A program made the translations under genes and the position numbers. Shown here in pieces: positions 1 through 11,734 of a stretch of DNA of 64,000 nucleotides. The stretch spans positions 8,742,001-8,806,000 of the forward strand of contig NC_043012.1 of assembly GCF_006345805.1 (NCBI RefSeq), read 5' to 3'. The DNA is from Octopus sinensis. Taxonomy: Eukaryota. Under the pieces are notes generated by a model, which had not been told where the DNA came from, made no database searches, and saw nothing but the letters and a program-made list of their open reading frames with translations. Position 1 is the first letter of the stretch, and every line of letters starts with the position of its first letter.

Positions 1-350
1 GATAGTTATTGATTCTTTTAAATATCTAATTATTAATCTCATAAATAAATATAATTATTGATCTCATAAATAATATCTATAATTATTGATCTCGTAATTA
101 AATATTGATCCCTTAAATATAATATCAATTTGTTGACCTCTTGAGTAAAATAATGATTATTGGTTTCTTAAATAAAACATCAAAAATTATTGATCTCTTA
201 AATAAAAACATCAATAATTATTGGTCCCATGAATAAAACATAATTATTGATCTCTTGGAATAAAACATTAGTAATTATTGATCTCTTGAATAAATATCTA
301 CACTTATTGGTTTTATGAATATAATTTTTTTTTATCTATGAATTGAATAA
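1..350. repeat. Degenerate AT-rich minisatellite, ~30-bp unit (aataattattgatctcttaaataaa)
   Basis: About 10 imperfect copies of 'taattattgatctc' spaced ~25-35 bp apart. Confidence 0.75.
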
Positions 351-1108
351 ACTGATCTGTTTAATATCTCCAGTTATTGACTTGATTAGATATATCATTT
401 GAATAATGTTTTATATTGATTAGAAATATCAAAGCTAATTAAGAGAGAGAATGTGAGTAGTTGTACATTCAATCAAATATTGAACAATTTCTGATGAAAG
501 GTTACAACTTACTATTTCATGAGATATTTATTATGGGGTTTCATGGAGCAGTAGTACATTTTGGTAAGGTTCCTTCCAAAGCTCTCACCTTTGCTTTAAT
601 GAATTGTCTGCATGCGATAGTGCACCACCTCCTGGTCAGTGACATTTGGCAGTCTGGCCAAACTAGGTTGGTTGAAAGTGACTAATGAGTGCCAATGACT
701 TTTTAAAATCTCTGTAAAATTCTGTAAGGGTTTGTCACCTTGCACACATGAACACTGGAAGTTTTAGTGTAGACAAGGGTAGTTGCAGTTACCCACCCGA
801 CCCTGTCCTCTGCTAGTGATACTCTTTAAGATGAGTTGTCAATGTTCAAAAGGCAGAGGTCTTTGTCAAAACAAAGTGTATTTGCTATCAGCTTTGTTCA
901 TCTAATGGTTGATTTTCTATGCTTGTATGGAGTAGATGAAGACTTATTTCAGGCAGGATTTTATGGCCAGATACCCTTCCTGTCATCAACCTTTTACCTT
1001 TCTTACAAGTAAGGGATTTCTTTATTCCACAGTTCTTCAAACAACCAACCAACAAGCAAAGCTGTGGAATATCAACATTTAAGCACATTCACATGCTCAC
1101 ACATACAG

Positions 1109-1144
<36 letters not shown>

Positions 1145-1339
1145 AGCTTCCTAGATACTAGATTCACTCACAACGTTGGTAAAGCCAAGACAATTGTTCA
1201 AGGTGCTGTACAGTAGGACTCAGATGCAAAAAGAATAAGGCTGTGATTATTTCAAATTTTATAAAACGGAAGTATAACTATTCTTGAAGAAACCAACTCT
1301 TTCGTCTCTCTAATACAAGAAGTATTAGGCTGATAGATC

Positions 1340-2080
1340 ATCATCATCATCATCATCGTTTAACGTCCGCTTTCCATGCTAGCATGGGTTGGACGGTTCA
1401 ACTGGGGTCTGGGAAGCCCGAAGGCTGCACCAGGCCAGTCAGATGTGGCAGTGTTTCTACAGCTGGATGCCCTTCCTAACGCCAACCACTCCGAGAGTGT
1501 AGTGGGTGATTTTATGTGCCACCGACACAGGTGCCAGACGAGGCTGGCAGACGGCCACGCTCGGATGGTGTTTTTTTTTATGTGCCACCGACACAGGTGC
1601 CAGACGAGGCTGGCAGACGGCCACGCTCGGATGGTTTTTTTATGTGCCACCGACACAGGTGCCAGACGAGCTGGCAGACGGCCACGCTCGGATGGTGTTT
1701 TCTTATGTGTCACCGACACAGGTGCTAGACGAGGCTGGCGGACGGCCACGCTCGGATGGTGTTTGTTACGTGCCCTCAGCACGGAGGCCAGTCATTGCGG
1801 TACTGGCTACGGTCACGTTCGGATGGTTTTCTTATGTGCCACCGGCACTGGTACCACAAGGATACAAATTCCATTGATGTTCATCTATTTTGATTTGGTT
1901 CGATTTGATTTGATACGATTCGATTCGATTCTCACTTGCCTCAACAGGTCTTCACAAGTGTCACAGAAGGAAGGTATGCACAGGTGGACTGACTACGTCC
2001 CAGGTAGGGGCCACGGATTATGGCTTCACTAGTCTTGCCAGGTCTTCTCACGCACAGCATACTTCCATAGGTCTCGGTCT
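1340..2080 (-). mobile_element. RTE-LINE 3' UTR/tail fragment with four ~62-bp internal tandem repeats
   Basis: Reverse complement ends ...ccaacccatgctagcatggaaagcggacgttaaacgatgatgat, the same tail as the RTE at 48313-50430. Unit ttttatgtgccaccgacacaggtgccagacgaggctggcagacggccacgctcggatggtg occurs four times. Confidence 0.8.
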
Positions 2081-2180
2081 CAACTCGACAAACTTGCGAA
2101 GTTTAATATAAACCTTGTTAGATTATTTGTGGCTTTGTTTATACTTTCTTAACACTTTTCTTTGTTATTGTCCTGAATAG

Positions 2181-2323
2181 GTGAGTCTATACCAATTCGG
2201 CTGTTCCTAAGTGGATATGATTTAACACCAACTATGAGAGACATCAATAAAAAGTTTTCTGTCCGTTATCACCTTAATTTGGTTTTAGTTGATGAGGAAG
2301 AACGTCGTTATTTCAAACAACAG
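2181..2323 (+). CDS. VPS26: VPS26 retromer subunit, penultimate coding exon (143 bp)
   Basis: AG acceptor at 2179-2180 after a pyrimidine tract; GTAACT donor at 2324. Translates (G)ESIPIRLFLSGYDLTPTMRDINKKFSVRYHLNLVLVDEEERRYFKQQ, the conserved VPS26 C-terminal motif. Confidence 0.96.
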
Positions 2324-2551
2324 GTAACTTTTAAAATTCTCCTAATTTCACTCATTCTCTTTCAGAACTCTGACAAGAACAGAAACAATTGCCTTGGACA
2401 ATTCCTCAAAAGCATTGGTAACTCTCGTATTCTCTCTCCCAGGCTCACACAGTTTTGGAGCTAGTAAAAGCAAGATAGTAGCAGATCACAGGACTTGATT
2501 CTTTGCAGTATCTAATACTCATTATCCTTGACTCAAATCTCTTACAAACAT

Positions 2552-3029
2552 TACAACAAGCAAACAGATACAACAGTAAAACAGTTTCATTTCTCAGGTG
2601 TTTTGAATTTACCCTAAACCTACTACAGAGTCCTACCTATCAAACCAGTTTTTTTCTTTTTATGTGTGTCCTCATTACTGGGTCTATTTTTCATAAAATT
2701 CTCAAGTTTCCCTTACAACTGCAGTCTCCTAAAACATCTTGTTGATGATGTTTTCTCCTGCAGACATCAAACTCTACTTCTTCACCCCATTCAAACTAAA
2801 AACCGCAGAGTTTGATGTCTGCAGGAGAAAACATCATCAACAAGATGTTTTAGGAGACTACAGTTCTAAGGGAAACTTGAGAATTTTATGAAAAATAGAC
2901 CCAGTAATGAGGACACACATAAAAAGAAAAAACTGGTTTGATAGGTAGGACTCTGTAGTAGGTATGGGGTAAATTCAAAAGACCTGAGAAATGAAACTGT
3001 TTTACTGTTGTATCTGTTTGCTTGTTGTA
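2552..3029. repeat. Long inverted repeat (arms ~224 bp, loop 2776-2806) in the last VPS26 intron
   Basis: 2552-2775 is the near-perfect reverse complement of 2807-3029, with only a handful of mismatches. Confidence 0.95.
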
Positions 3030-3359
3030 CTGTTTTGGTAAATGGCTCTTTGCTAACCAATTAACTGGCTTTATTTTGATTGTGTGCAGCATTCTTCTAT
3101 ATATGTAAGCACTGTTTCAGTTTAACTATTCCCTTGAGTTTTGTTGAGAAATCCCAGTCTCTGGAATATAGCCTTGGTAATACTTAAATGTGGATGTTCT
3201 GTTAGAACAGGCTATACTGCAGTAGATACCATGAGCACAGTTTGTTCTAACAGAACATCCACATTTAGGTGGGAATAAATTTTACCTCTCTGTATTACTA
3301 CTGCCTCTACCGTTATATATATATATATATATTTCCCAGGTCTTTTGAATTTACCCTAT

Positions 3360-3520
3360 ACCTACACTCTCGGAGTGATTGGCATTAGGAAGGGCATCCA
3401 GCTGTAGAAACTGCCAAATCAAGATTGGAGCCTGGTGCAACCATCTGGTTTGCCAGCCCTCAGTCAAAATCGTCCAACCCATGCTAGCATGGAAAGCGGA
3501 CGTTAAACGATGATGATGAT
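3360..3520 (+). mobile_element. RTE 3' tail fragment
   Basis: ggaagggcatccagctgtagaaac...ccatgctagcatggaaagcggacgttaaac(gat)n. Confidence 0.75.
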
Positions 3521-3629
3521 ATATATATATATATAGTTTTTAATAAGCTTTGGTAATGTTCTTATGTGTGGGTTAAATCCATTTACTGATAGATGGTTTT
3601 TTTTTTTTCTTTTTGTTCTTTTTCATTAG

Positions 3630-3773
3630 GAAATCACTATATTCCGGAAAGCTGACAAAGTACGTAAAAGCATCCAGGCCACATTGCAAGCCCAGCATGC
3701 TACGATGCAGAGAATGACTTTTCGTCGGGAACAGGCTGAAGCTAATAAAGATAACAGTAGTGATGATCAGTAA
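3630..3773 (+). CDS. VPS26: VPS26 (VPS26B-like) terminal coding exon
   Basis: Poly-T tract plus TAG acceptor ending at 3629; phase 0 matches the previous exon. Translates EITIFRKADKVRKSIQATLQAQHATMQRMTFRREQAEANKDNSSDDQ* with TAA at 3771-3773, resembling VPS26B EVVLWRKGDIVRKS. Confidence 0.92.
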   Translation, partial: EITIFRKADKVRKSIQATLQAQHATMQRMTFRREQAEANKDNSSDDQ

Positions 3774-4314
3774 TGTTTTCTTCTTTTTGCAGTGATTGCA
3801 TGTGGAGACCGATAGCTCTGTCCGATGACAAACCCTGAAACAGTATATAGTGACTGATGATGATGCAAAAATTATGCTATCAAAGGAGATATATATATAT
3901 ATACACACACACACATATATATATATATGTATGTATATGTTTAGGCAGTGTCTTAACATTGCTTCTGTTCTATTACAAAGAAATATCCAAACTCTCTGTT
4001 GACCAAAAACTCTTATCTAATCAAACCAAAACAAAACAAAAAAAAACACTTTTCTTTTGTCTTTTCTGTTTAATCCCTCTGCTCTTTTTTTTTTTTTTTA
4101 ATTGATTTATTTGTAATTCTATATCAACTGAAATTATCATGGACATTTCAACATTTTTGAGGGTCTTTTTTTTTTTTCTTCTTTTGTCTTGTTTTTCAAA
4201 CATTGTTGTTATTCATTTTCCTCTGTTAATTTTCCCCCAGGAAATGTCCTCATCCACCATACTGCTAAAAGTTAACGAATAGTAATTACACATTCTCTTT
4301 CGATCCCATTCTTT

Positions 4315-4357
<43 letters not shown>

Positions 4358-5422
4358 TTCCGTATTATATACAGTGTAAAAAAAAAAACACGAATAGCTG
4401 TTTTGAACTTGCTATTTCTTATGTTAATATGATATACATCAATTTACATTATTTTATGAAAAATAAATATTTGAAAAACACATTTCAAGCAGAAATCAAT
4501 TATTTTGGAATAATGTGTAAAATGTGTATGCGTGTGTATGTATATATATATAGATATATATATAGGTATATACACACACACACATAACTTTTACTGTTAT
4601 ATCTATCTAAACAAGTTATCCCCAAACAAACAAAAATCTGAGGTTAATTTGTACATATTTTTACAAGTTTAATTTGAGACTAATTTGTACATATTTATTG
4701 AAAAGAATCTGGTCAAACAAAGATTATAGTTTTTTTCTTTCTTTTGTTTTTTTTTATTCTTTACTTTTTAAGAAAAATCGACTTTCAAAGCATTTAGATG
4801 AAAGTCTTTTCAAGTTTCTTCAAAGAGGTGCGAACCATTAAACCTCTGCCTCAGGAAGCCTTTCGTTAGATGATGCTTTCACCAGGTTATTTCTTGTACT
4901 GCTACCTAAATCTTACCTGATGTTACAGCTTCTTTTGGATGAACACAAATATTAACAACACTAATAATTGTTATCTTTACTCCTTGTTCAGACTACAACA
5001 GAGTAAATATCTTAAAATTCTCCTGTTGACACTGGTATATTTGTGTGTGTGTGTGTATGTATGTTTGTGTGTATGCACAACATTTTAATGAATGATTTTT
5101 ATGGAGCTGTGCTGATCCCTCAAGTTTGTGCGTATGTGTGGAGTTAGCTGAGTGCTTTACTTCGACTTTCTTCATTCCCACCCCTACAACCCTTAAATAA
5201 TTTTGAAGATTAGAAAACTTAAGAAGAAAATAAATTTTATAAAATTGTATTTGTGTTTAGCTGTATTTTATTTTCCTCAAAACAAAAAAAACTCCACCAC
5301 AAAGAATGGTGGCAGGTGTTTAGCTATTTATTATGTTTCTTCTTTACAACTTTTAGAGTGGCAGAAACAGCAAGCATTAACCTTCGGAGTTCAATTGTAG
5401 TTTAGGGTTTATTCTAATTTGG

Positions 5423-5823
5423 GATCTTTTTGGTTTGAACAGAGTTTTTTTCTAGCGGTGTCATATGAAATTGTCACCCATAATTATGACCCTAGTATCG
5501 ATCTATTGCATTTCAATCTGTTTTAGGGTTAGGGGTGGGGGGAAGGGTATCTTTTTTTTCTTCAGAAACGTAAATAAACCCAATCTGTTTCTTAAACGAG
5601 GGACATATTCATATGGCACAGAATGTTTTTTTTACCTCAATAGACGTATTTGATTGGTTGAAATTGAACAAAAAAAAACAAATATCTTCCAAACTATAGA
5701 ATTTTCTCAATAAAGCCAAGAGAAAAAGATGTTTTATAAACACATTCTACCAGTATACGAAGTTTAAAAGTGTTTAGTTACGTGGAAATTATGTTAAAAA
5801 CTGCCGTTCAAATCGAAAAGATC
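5423..5823. mobile_element. MITE (non-autonomous DNA transposon) with ~27-bp imperfect TIRs
   Basis: Left gatctttttggtttgaacagagttttt; right aaaaactgccgttcaaatcgaaaagatc (reverse complement gatcttttcgatttgaacggcagttttt). Internal ttagggttaggg motif. Confidence 0.7.
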
Positions 5824-6590
5824 TGAGATCAGTTCTATTGATTGTTCCATGCAAGCATGAAAAGACAACAAAATAAAGGAATATAAAAAAAAGAAGTAAT
5901 ATATTGGGGGTGGTTGAGCTGTATATTATCTACAATTGGGTTCCACTTTTTACATTAATCTCTTTACAACTAACCAACTTTGTTATACTTTCTCCTATCA
6001 TCACCTTCTGTCTCTCATTAACATCCATTACCCTCTTCCTTTACAATAGTCCACTGTCTTCATTCTCCATCTCTCTATCTATTTCTTGCTCCCTTCCATT
6101 TCTCCCTTTCCTCTCATACTCTCTCTCTCTCCACTATCACTTCCCTCTTCATGTTGTCTTAAATTTTGGGTCAGACTCAAACATTTGCTAAGATGTTTAG
6201 TATTCACATTCAAATCTCCTTTGCTGTTTCTATACAATCTTTTTACAGACAACCATCCTCCTCTTTCTCTCTCTTCTATTAAATTTCCTTACTTGTAGCT
6301 GCTGTCATTCTCTTTCTCCAGTAATCTCGGGCTCTCTTCCCACCTGGCCATGAGGTGAAGAAAAGATCAAAGCCAACTCAGGCAAGAGAGGACACTCTTT
6401 AATCTTGCTGGGATTAAGACAACCTCATTCATGAACAAAGCAATTTCCAAAGTGATGGTACTACAAGCAAATGCATCCAGTACTCTTTCTATCATAGTAC
6501 ATATGATAGGAAGAGTATCTAGCTATGAAAATCATACCAAGCAAATCTGAGATATGGTCCCCAGCCTGTCTACGAAGGCAGTAAATTAAA

Positions 6591-6793
6591 CCCTTTAGCA
6601 TTCAGTTTACTCTATCAAATGTAATGCTTATTTGTTCACTTCATTTTGAATTAATCTTGTAGCTTTGAGATTTTGATGTGATTGTTTATTTTTAGAATGA
6701 CATTATAGGGTAGGTGTGATAGGCTGGATCTGACCAGTTTTAACATAAGACAGAATATTTTGACCAGATATGGCCAGTTTATTTGCTAAAGGG
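6591..6793. mobile_element. piggyBac-type MITE
   Basis: Termini ccctttagca...tgctaaaggg; TTAA on the right and ttaaa on the left. Confidence 0.75.
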
Positions 6794-7181
6794 TTAAATA
6801 AAATCTCACTCAAACTGTTATTTCCCACTTAACCCGTTGCCAACAAAAGCAACTGAGCATAAAATTATGATTTCACCAACACCTTTTCAGATTATTAATC
6901 ACTGCTGTCTCTTCTGTACCAGTTCTTCATTATATCCACCTTTTACCTGTTCCCCATCTCTAATCACCTTTCATTCAGCCTTACACTTTTGCAACATCTA
7001 CCCACCTATGCTCCATGTTCTCTAGCCCTCACTCACTTCCACTCTGATACCTCATCGTCACTTTCTTTTTTATCTCTTTCCAGCTCAACCACAATTACTC
7101 TACCCTCTCTTCTATAATGTGAGTAGCCATGTAGCTCTCTACACTAAGAAATCTGTTCTCTTCTGGCCCCTTATACTTTAA

Positions 7182-7401
7182 CCCTTTCGTTACTGTATTT
7201 ATTTTGAGATGCTCTGTGCTTCTTTCAATTACTTTAAATATAACAAAGAATTTAGTAAAATAACTTAGTTATCATTCAGCTAGTGTTAGGGACATAAATT
7301 GTGACTAAGGTTTGGTGGAAGATTTTAATTCAAAACTTATGAAAACAAGATATTTGTACTCAGAACCAGAGGCAGTTTCAGTTGAGTTGGTAATGAAAGG
7401 G
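7182..7401. mobile_element. piggyBac-type MITE (second family)
   Basis: TTAA|ccctttcgttac...gtaatgaaaggg|TTAA, i.e. TIRs with a TTAA target duplication. Confidence 0.8.
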
Positions 7402-8069
7402 TTAATCCAACTTCTAGCATAAAGGTGCTTTCCTTTCTATTGCAGCACCACTCTGTGAGATGGAATCCTTAGTCTTGCAAGCTGTATGGCAATCTCAATG
7501 GCAGGGGTACCACAACAAAAAACCCCACTATATGTTGTAAAGTTATTAGCATTAGGAAGGTCAGCCAGCCATAGAAACTATGTCAAAGCAAACACTGGAT
7601 CACAATGCAGTTCTTAGACCTGTTGGATCCTGTCAAACTGTTCAGCTCATGCCAGCATGAAGCATGGGCATTAAATGATAAGCCTGCTGGCTATTTGCAA
7701 GATCAGTGCTTGAAAAGTCACTGTAATTCTATCTATTATTGGTGGTGATGTTTGGTTGGTATACAGTGAGCAGACAGCTGTCACTGAAGAGATGCAATAT
7801 GTTGAAGTCACATGATTTAGCAGCTCCAGCACCCATTGCAGATGGTTCTCATCTGCCAATGATATTAATGCACCATGCATCCATATGAGAGTTGACTGCA
7901 TATGCTTTAGATGCACTTTTGACAAGTTGTGGTGTACCAGAGCACTATACAATAATTTCATTATTATTATTATTTGCAAAACAAAGCATGCATTTTAAGC
8001 TGGATTTAATTATTACCTTTTGCTACTAATACACTTTCTGTTGCTTAATATATATATATATATATATAA

Positions 8070-8265
8070 GGCAGAATGATTAGCATGCTGAGCAAAATAC
8101 TTAGCAGCATTTAACCATCTTTACATTCTGAGTTGAAATTGTTATGGTCAACATTGTATTTCACTCTTTCAGGGTTGATAAAATAAGTACCAGTTGAGAA
8201 CTTGAGTCAATGTAAGTGACTTACCCCTCCTCCAAATTTCTGGCCTTGTGCTAAAATTTGAAACC
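8070..8265 (+). mobile_element. SINE with Meta-domain-like core, degraded
   Basis: ggcagaat..ttagca..., ctttcagggttgataaaataagtaccag; homologous to the copies at 19391-20340. Confidence 0.6.
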
Positions 8266-8274
8266 AATGAATAT

Positions 8275-8600
8275 CATCATCATCATTTAACATCTGCTTT
8301 CCATGCTAGCATGGGTTGGACGATTTGACCGAGGTCTGGCGAACCAAACTCCAATCTGATCTGGCAGAGTTTCTACAGCTGGATGCCCTTCCTAATGCCA
8401 ACCACTCCGAGAGTGTAGTGGGTGCTTTTACGTGCCACCGGCACGAGGGCCGGTATGGTGGAACTGGCAATGGCCACGCCCAAATGGTGCTTTTTATGTG
8501 CCACCAGCGGCACTGGCGATGACTTAGCTCAAATATTTCACATGCCATCAGCACAAGTCCTAGTAAGGTGACACAGTAACGATCACGCTAGAAGGTAACG
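8275..8600 (-). mobile_element. RTE 3' tail fragment
   Basis: (cat)n tttaacatctgctttccatgctagcatgggttggacg... as in the other copies. Confidence 0.75.
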
Positions 8601-8627
8601 ATATATATATATATATATGTATGTATG

Positions 8628-8833
8628 TAGTTAATCCAAAACATGAACAAAGAGAAAACACAACGTGAGGACACGGAATAAGTATAGTGTTATTGGACGC
8701 TCAGTGAAAAGAAAGAAAGGGGGAGGATTTCACATTTCGAGCAGAGCTCCTCGTCAGAAATATAGAAAAAAGGAAAAGTCCAAAGAAGGGAAGATGGAGA
8801 AAGAAAATTGCCAATGCTACACACACGGTCACA
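8628..8833 (-). mobile_element. Short Penelope/retrozyme-like element with a minimal hammerhead core at 8728-8760
   Basis: Minus strand reads ttt-CTGACGA-g-gagc-tct-gctc-GAAA-tgtg-aaa. The element is homologous over ~200 bp to 54737-54930. Confidence 0.6.
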
Positions 8834-8882
8834 TATCGAAAAATATAATAGAAGCACTAAAGTAGTGATGAGAATGTTTTAC

Positions 8883-8917
8883 TTCTTCAAAAAGTCTGTT
8901 GTGTGCAACTGGAAATA
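8883..8917 (-). CDS. Putative micro-exon (35 nt) of an unidentified - strand gene
   Basis: atatttcag acceptor and gtaaaa donor; encodes (L)FPVAHNRLFEE in phase with 10118-10144. Confidence 0.3.
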
Positions 8918-9380
8918 CTGAAATATTGATTGTGTCTGGACTTGCCTTTGCAAAAATATTGAAAGTAAACAAAAGGTAAATCAATGCGCAAGTCAAGAAT
9001 ATGTCCTGACAATTCGAGTATTGTGCTGTATCACCACCTTTCAGCTTCACAAATTTTCACAGATCCCCATCATTTGACAAGAACACCAATTATTCAACTG
9101 ATTGAGTTATCTGCTCCTGAATTTTTGTGCAAGTGGCTAAAGCACCCACAGACATGTGCACCCTTAAAGGTAATTCTAAGTATGAGACAATGTGACAAAG
9201 TCGTACCTTTTGAAATATTGGGACAATCCACCCTGGTGAATTTTCAGATTTTTCTATATGCTAGGCCACTGGTCTTAAATTGATGTTAATTAAATTAATA
9301 TTCAATTTATCACCCTCATTATTTAAATTAATATAACAGAGTAACAGTTTTGTTGAATTTTCTGCTGCTTTTAAATAAAG

Positions 9381-9402
<22 letters not shown>

Positions 9403-9412
<10 letters not shown>

Positions 9413-9563
9413 AATATGTTACATTTACTCAATAGTCAAGATAAAACTCTGAGTTCCAGATGCCGAAGTGGAAATCCACAACACCATCTCTTCGGTTATC
9501 TGGCCATCTGAAACTCAGAGTTTTATCTTGACTATTGAGTAAATGTAACATATTATTTTATAG
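9403..9563. repeat. Fold-back palindrome (~60-bp arms) next to (TA)n
   Basis: tataaaaaataatatgttacatttactcaatagtcaagataaaactctgagtt is mirrored by aactcagagttttatcttgactattgagtaaatgtaacatattatttttata. Confidence 0.9.
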
Positions 9564-10117
9564 ATAAATTTCCTCTTTTAAATAATATTGAGGTCTCTTT
9601 CTTTCTTTTGTTATCTTACCGTTTTTGCCAATATATATATATATATAATAAGATATAACAACAAAAAACTGAGACCTCAGTATTAGAAAAATAGAGGATT
9701 ATATATATATGTTATAATTTAGAACAAACAGTAAAAGGTTATCATTATAGTGCTTGGAGTTTCAAATGTCAGAGCAGTTTCCATTCACAAGGTATTGTTC
9801 AAGCCAAGGCCATAGAAAATTACATTTGACCAAGATGCCATACTTTGGAATGGAACCCACATCCTTGTAGTTGCAAAGCAAACTTCTTAGCCATTCTGCC
9901 ATGCTGCACTTAGAAATTTTTATGCCTTGAGAAAGCAAAATAGATATTCTTTATCTATTTAGATTACTTTACTATGTCTAGATTTAGCAATCATGTAATG
10001 GATTTTTCTTTATCACCATGAAATTAAATAATGCCTGAACAAACAGTGGAGACATACGAAATGGTGAAAGGATTAATACAAACGAATTGTATAAATATTT
10101 TTAAAATCTTTACTTAC

Positions 10118-10144
10118 AACAGATCACCAGATCATTTATTAAAA
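10118..10144 (-). CDS. Putative micro-exon (27 nt)
   Basis: tttttttcaag acceptor and GTAAGT donor; encodes (I)LINDLVIC. Confidence 0.35.
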
Positions 10145-10329
10145 CTTGAAAAAAATGCATGGAAAATTTGATTTTCAATGGAATGATATTTTGTCATTTC
10201 CAGTTTAGTAAATATTTCTTAAACAGAATTCAGAATTTAAACGGTTTGGGAAAAAAAAAAGCCTCTGCCTCTTAAATAATTCATTAGGTGTACACCAAAC
10301 TGAGAATTCATATAATAATGTAGCTTCTC

Positions 10330-10502
10330 TTTCTTTTATTTTGTTTCAGTCATTTGACTGTAGCCATGCTGGAGCACCACCTTTAGTTGAGCAAATCAAC
10401 CCCAGGACTTATTCTTTGTAAGCCTAGTACTTATTCTAGGTGACAGGGACGTAAACACACCAGCATCGGTTGTCAGCCGATGTTGCGGGGACAAACTCAC
10501 AA

Positions 10503-10533
<31 letters not shown>

Positions 10534-10692
10534 CGACAGGTTTCTTTCAGTTTCTGTCTATCAAATCCACTCACAAGTCTTTTGTCGACCCGAGGCTATA
10601 GTAGAAGACACTTGCCCAAGGTGCCATGCAGTGAGACTGAACCCCAGAACCATTTGGTTGGTAAGCAAGCTACTTACCACACAGCCACTCCT
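10330..10692 (-). mobile_element. tRNA-derived SINE (family of 24556-24955)
   Basis: Reverse complement of the head ggagtggctgtgtggtaagtagcttgc, core ggcaccttgggcaagtgtc and tail ccagcatggc..cagtcaaatgactgaaaca. Confidence 0.75.
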
Positions 10693-11014
10693 GTGCTACT
10701 CATTCTTATTATGCTATGACAGATTTAAACTCAAACCAGGTTTCAGTCTGATACGGCTTTGTTTCTACAGCTTGATGCCCTTCCCAATTCCAACCACTCC
10801 ATATGGCACAGGTGCCATTTGCAGGACACCAACAACAGCCACAACTATGATTTCACTTGATGAACCCTTTCAAGCACAACATATCGCCAAAGGTCTCAGT
10901 CACTTGTCATCGCCTCCATGTGGCCCAGCATTTGAAGATCCTGCTTCACCACGTCATCTCATATCTTCCTGGGTCTACTTCATCCACAGGTTCCTTCCAT
11001 ATGATATATACAAC

Positions 11015-11045
<31 letters not shown>

Positions 11046-11096
11046 CAACAAAAGACTGAGACCTATATATATATATATATAAATATATATATATAG

Positions 11097-11229
11097 ATGC
11101 GTATAAGAAGAGATGACCATTAAGTGGACATCCAACATGCTAGAAATGGATCACCTGTGGTTAGATCGTAGGTAATCTATTTCTAGTATATTGGATGTCC
11201 ACTTTGTGGTCATCCCTTCTTATACGCAT
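11097..11229. repeat. Fold-back palindrome (~50-bp arms)
   Basis: atgcgtataagaagagatgacca..tggacatccaa..ctagaaat pairs with atttctag..ttggatgtcca..tggtcatcccttcttatacgcat. Confidence 0.85.
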
Positions 11230-11734
11230 GTAATACAATTTTTCTGAATTTTCAGATTTTCTATATGCTAGGCCACTGGTCTTAAATTGATGTTAATTAA
11301 ATTAATATTCAATTTATCACCCTCATTATTTAAATTATATATAAGATATAACAACAAAAGACTGAGACCTCAGTATTAGAAAAATAGAGGATGCTTGGAG
11401 TTTCAAATGTCAGAGCAAAGAGTTATGATACATTCTCGTCAGCTATTAATGGTGACAGATGCTATGAAAAAATAAGCCCGTTAAACAAAAGGGAAGTAAC
11501 TCTAATAGATGGAAAAATAAAAATAAAAAGTATATGCTTTCATATTCTCTCAATACATAGACATAAAACTCCTGCATTCATGTCTACATACACACTCACA
11601 CAAACGTGTATGCACATGTACACACACAAACATATGTATGTACATACATGCATGCTTGTATATATATATGTATGTATGTATGTGTGCAACCTCATTCTCA
11701 TATACACATAGTTGCTTACATGCATACACATATC

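Noticed and set aside
1510-1765. CRISPR-like regular repeats (also 50829-51140)
   Set aside because: Units are contiguous with no unique spacers, sit inside an RTE 3' UTR, and no cas genes are present; eukaryotic context.
1376-2032. 218-aa ORF with paralogues (MLAWVGRF...)
   Set aside because: Antisense reading of the repetitive RTE 3' UTR; frame is not conserved among copies.
7671-7979. 102-aa minus-strand ORF
   Set aside because: No recognisable motif; its start resembles the 3' end of the CR1-type LINE family at 37222-37270.
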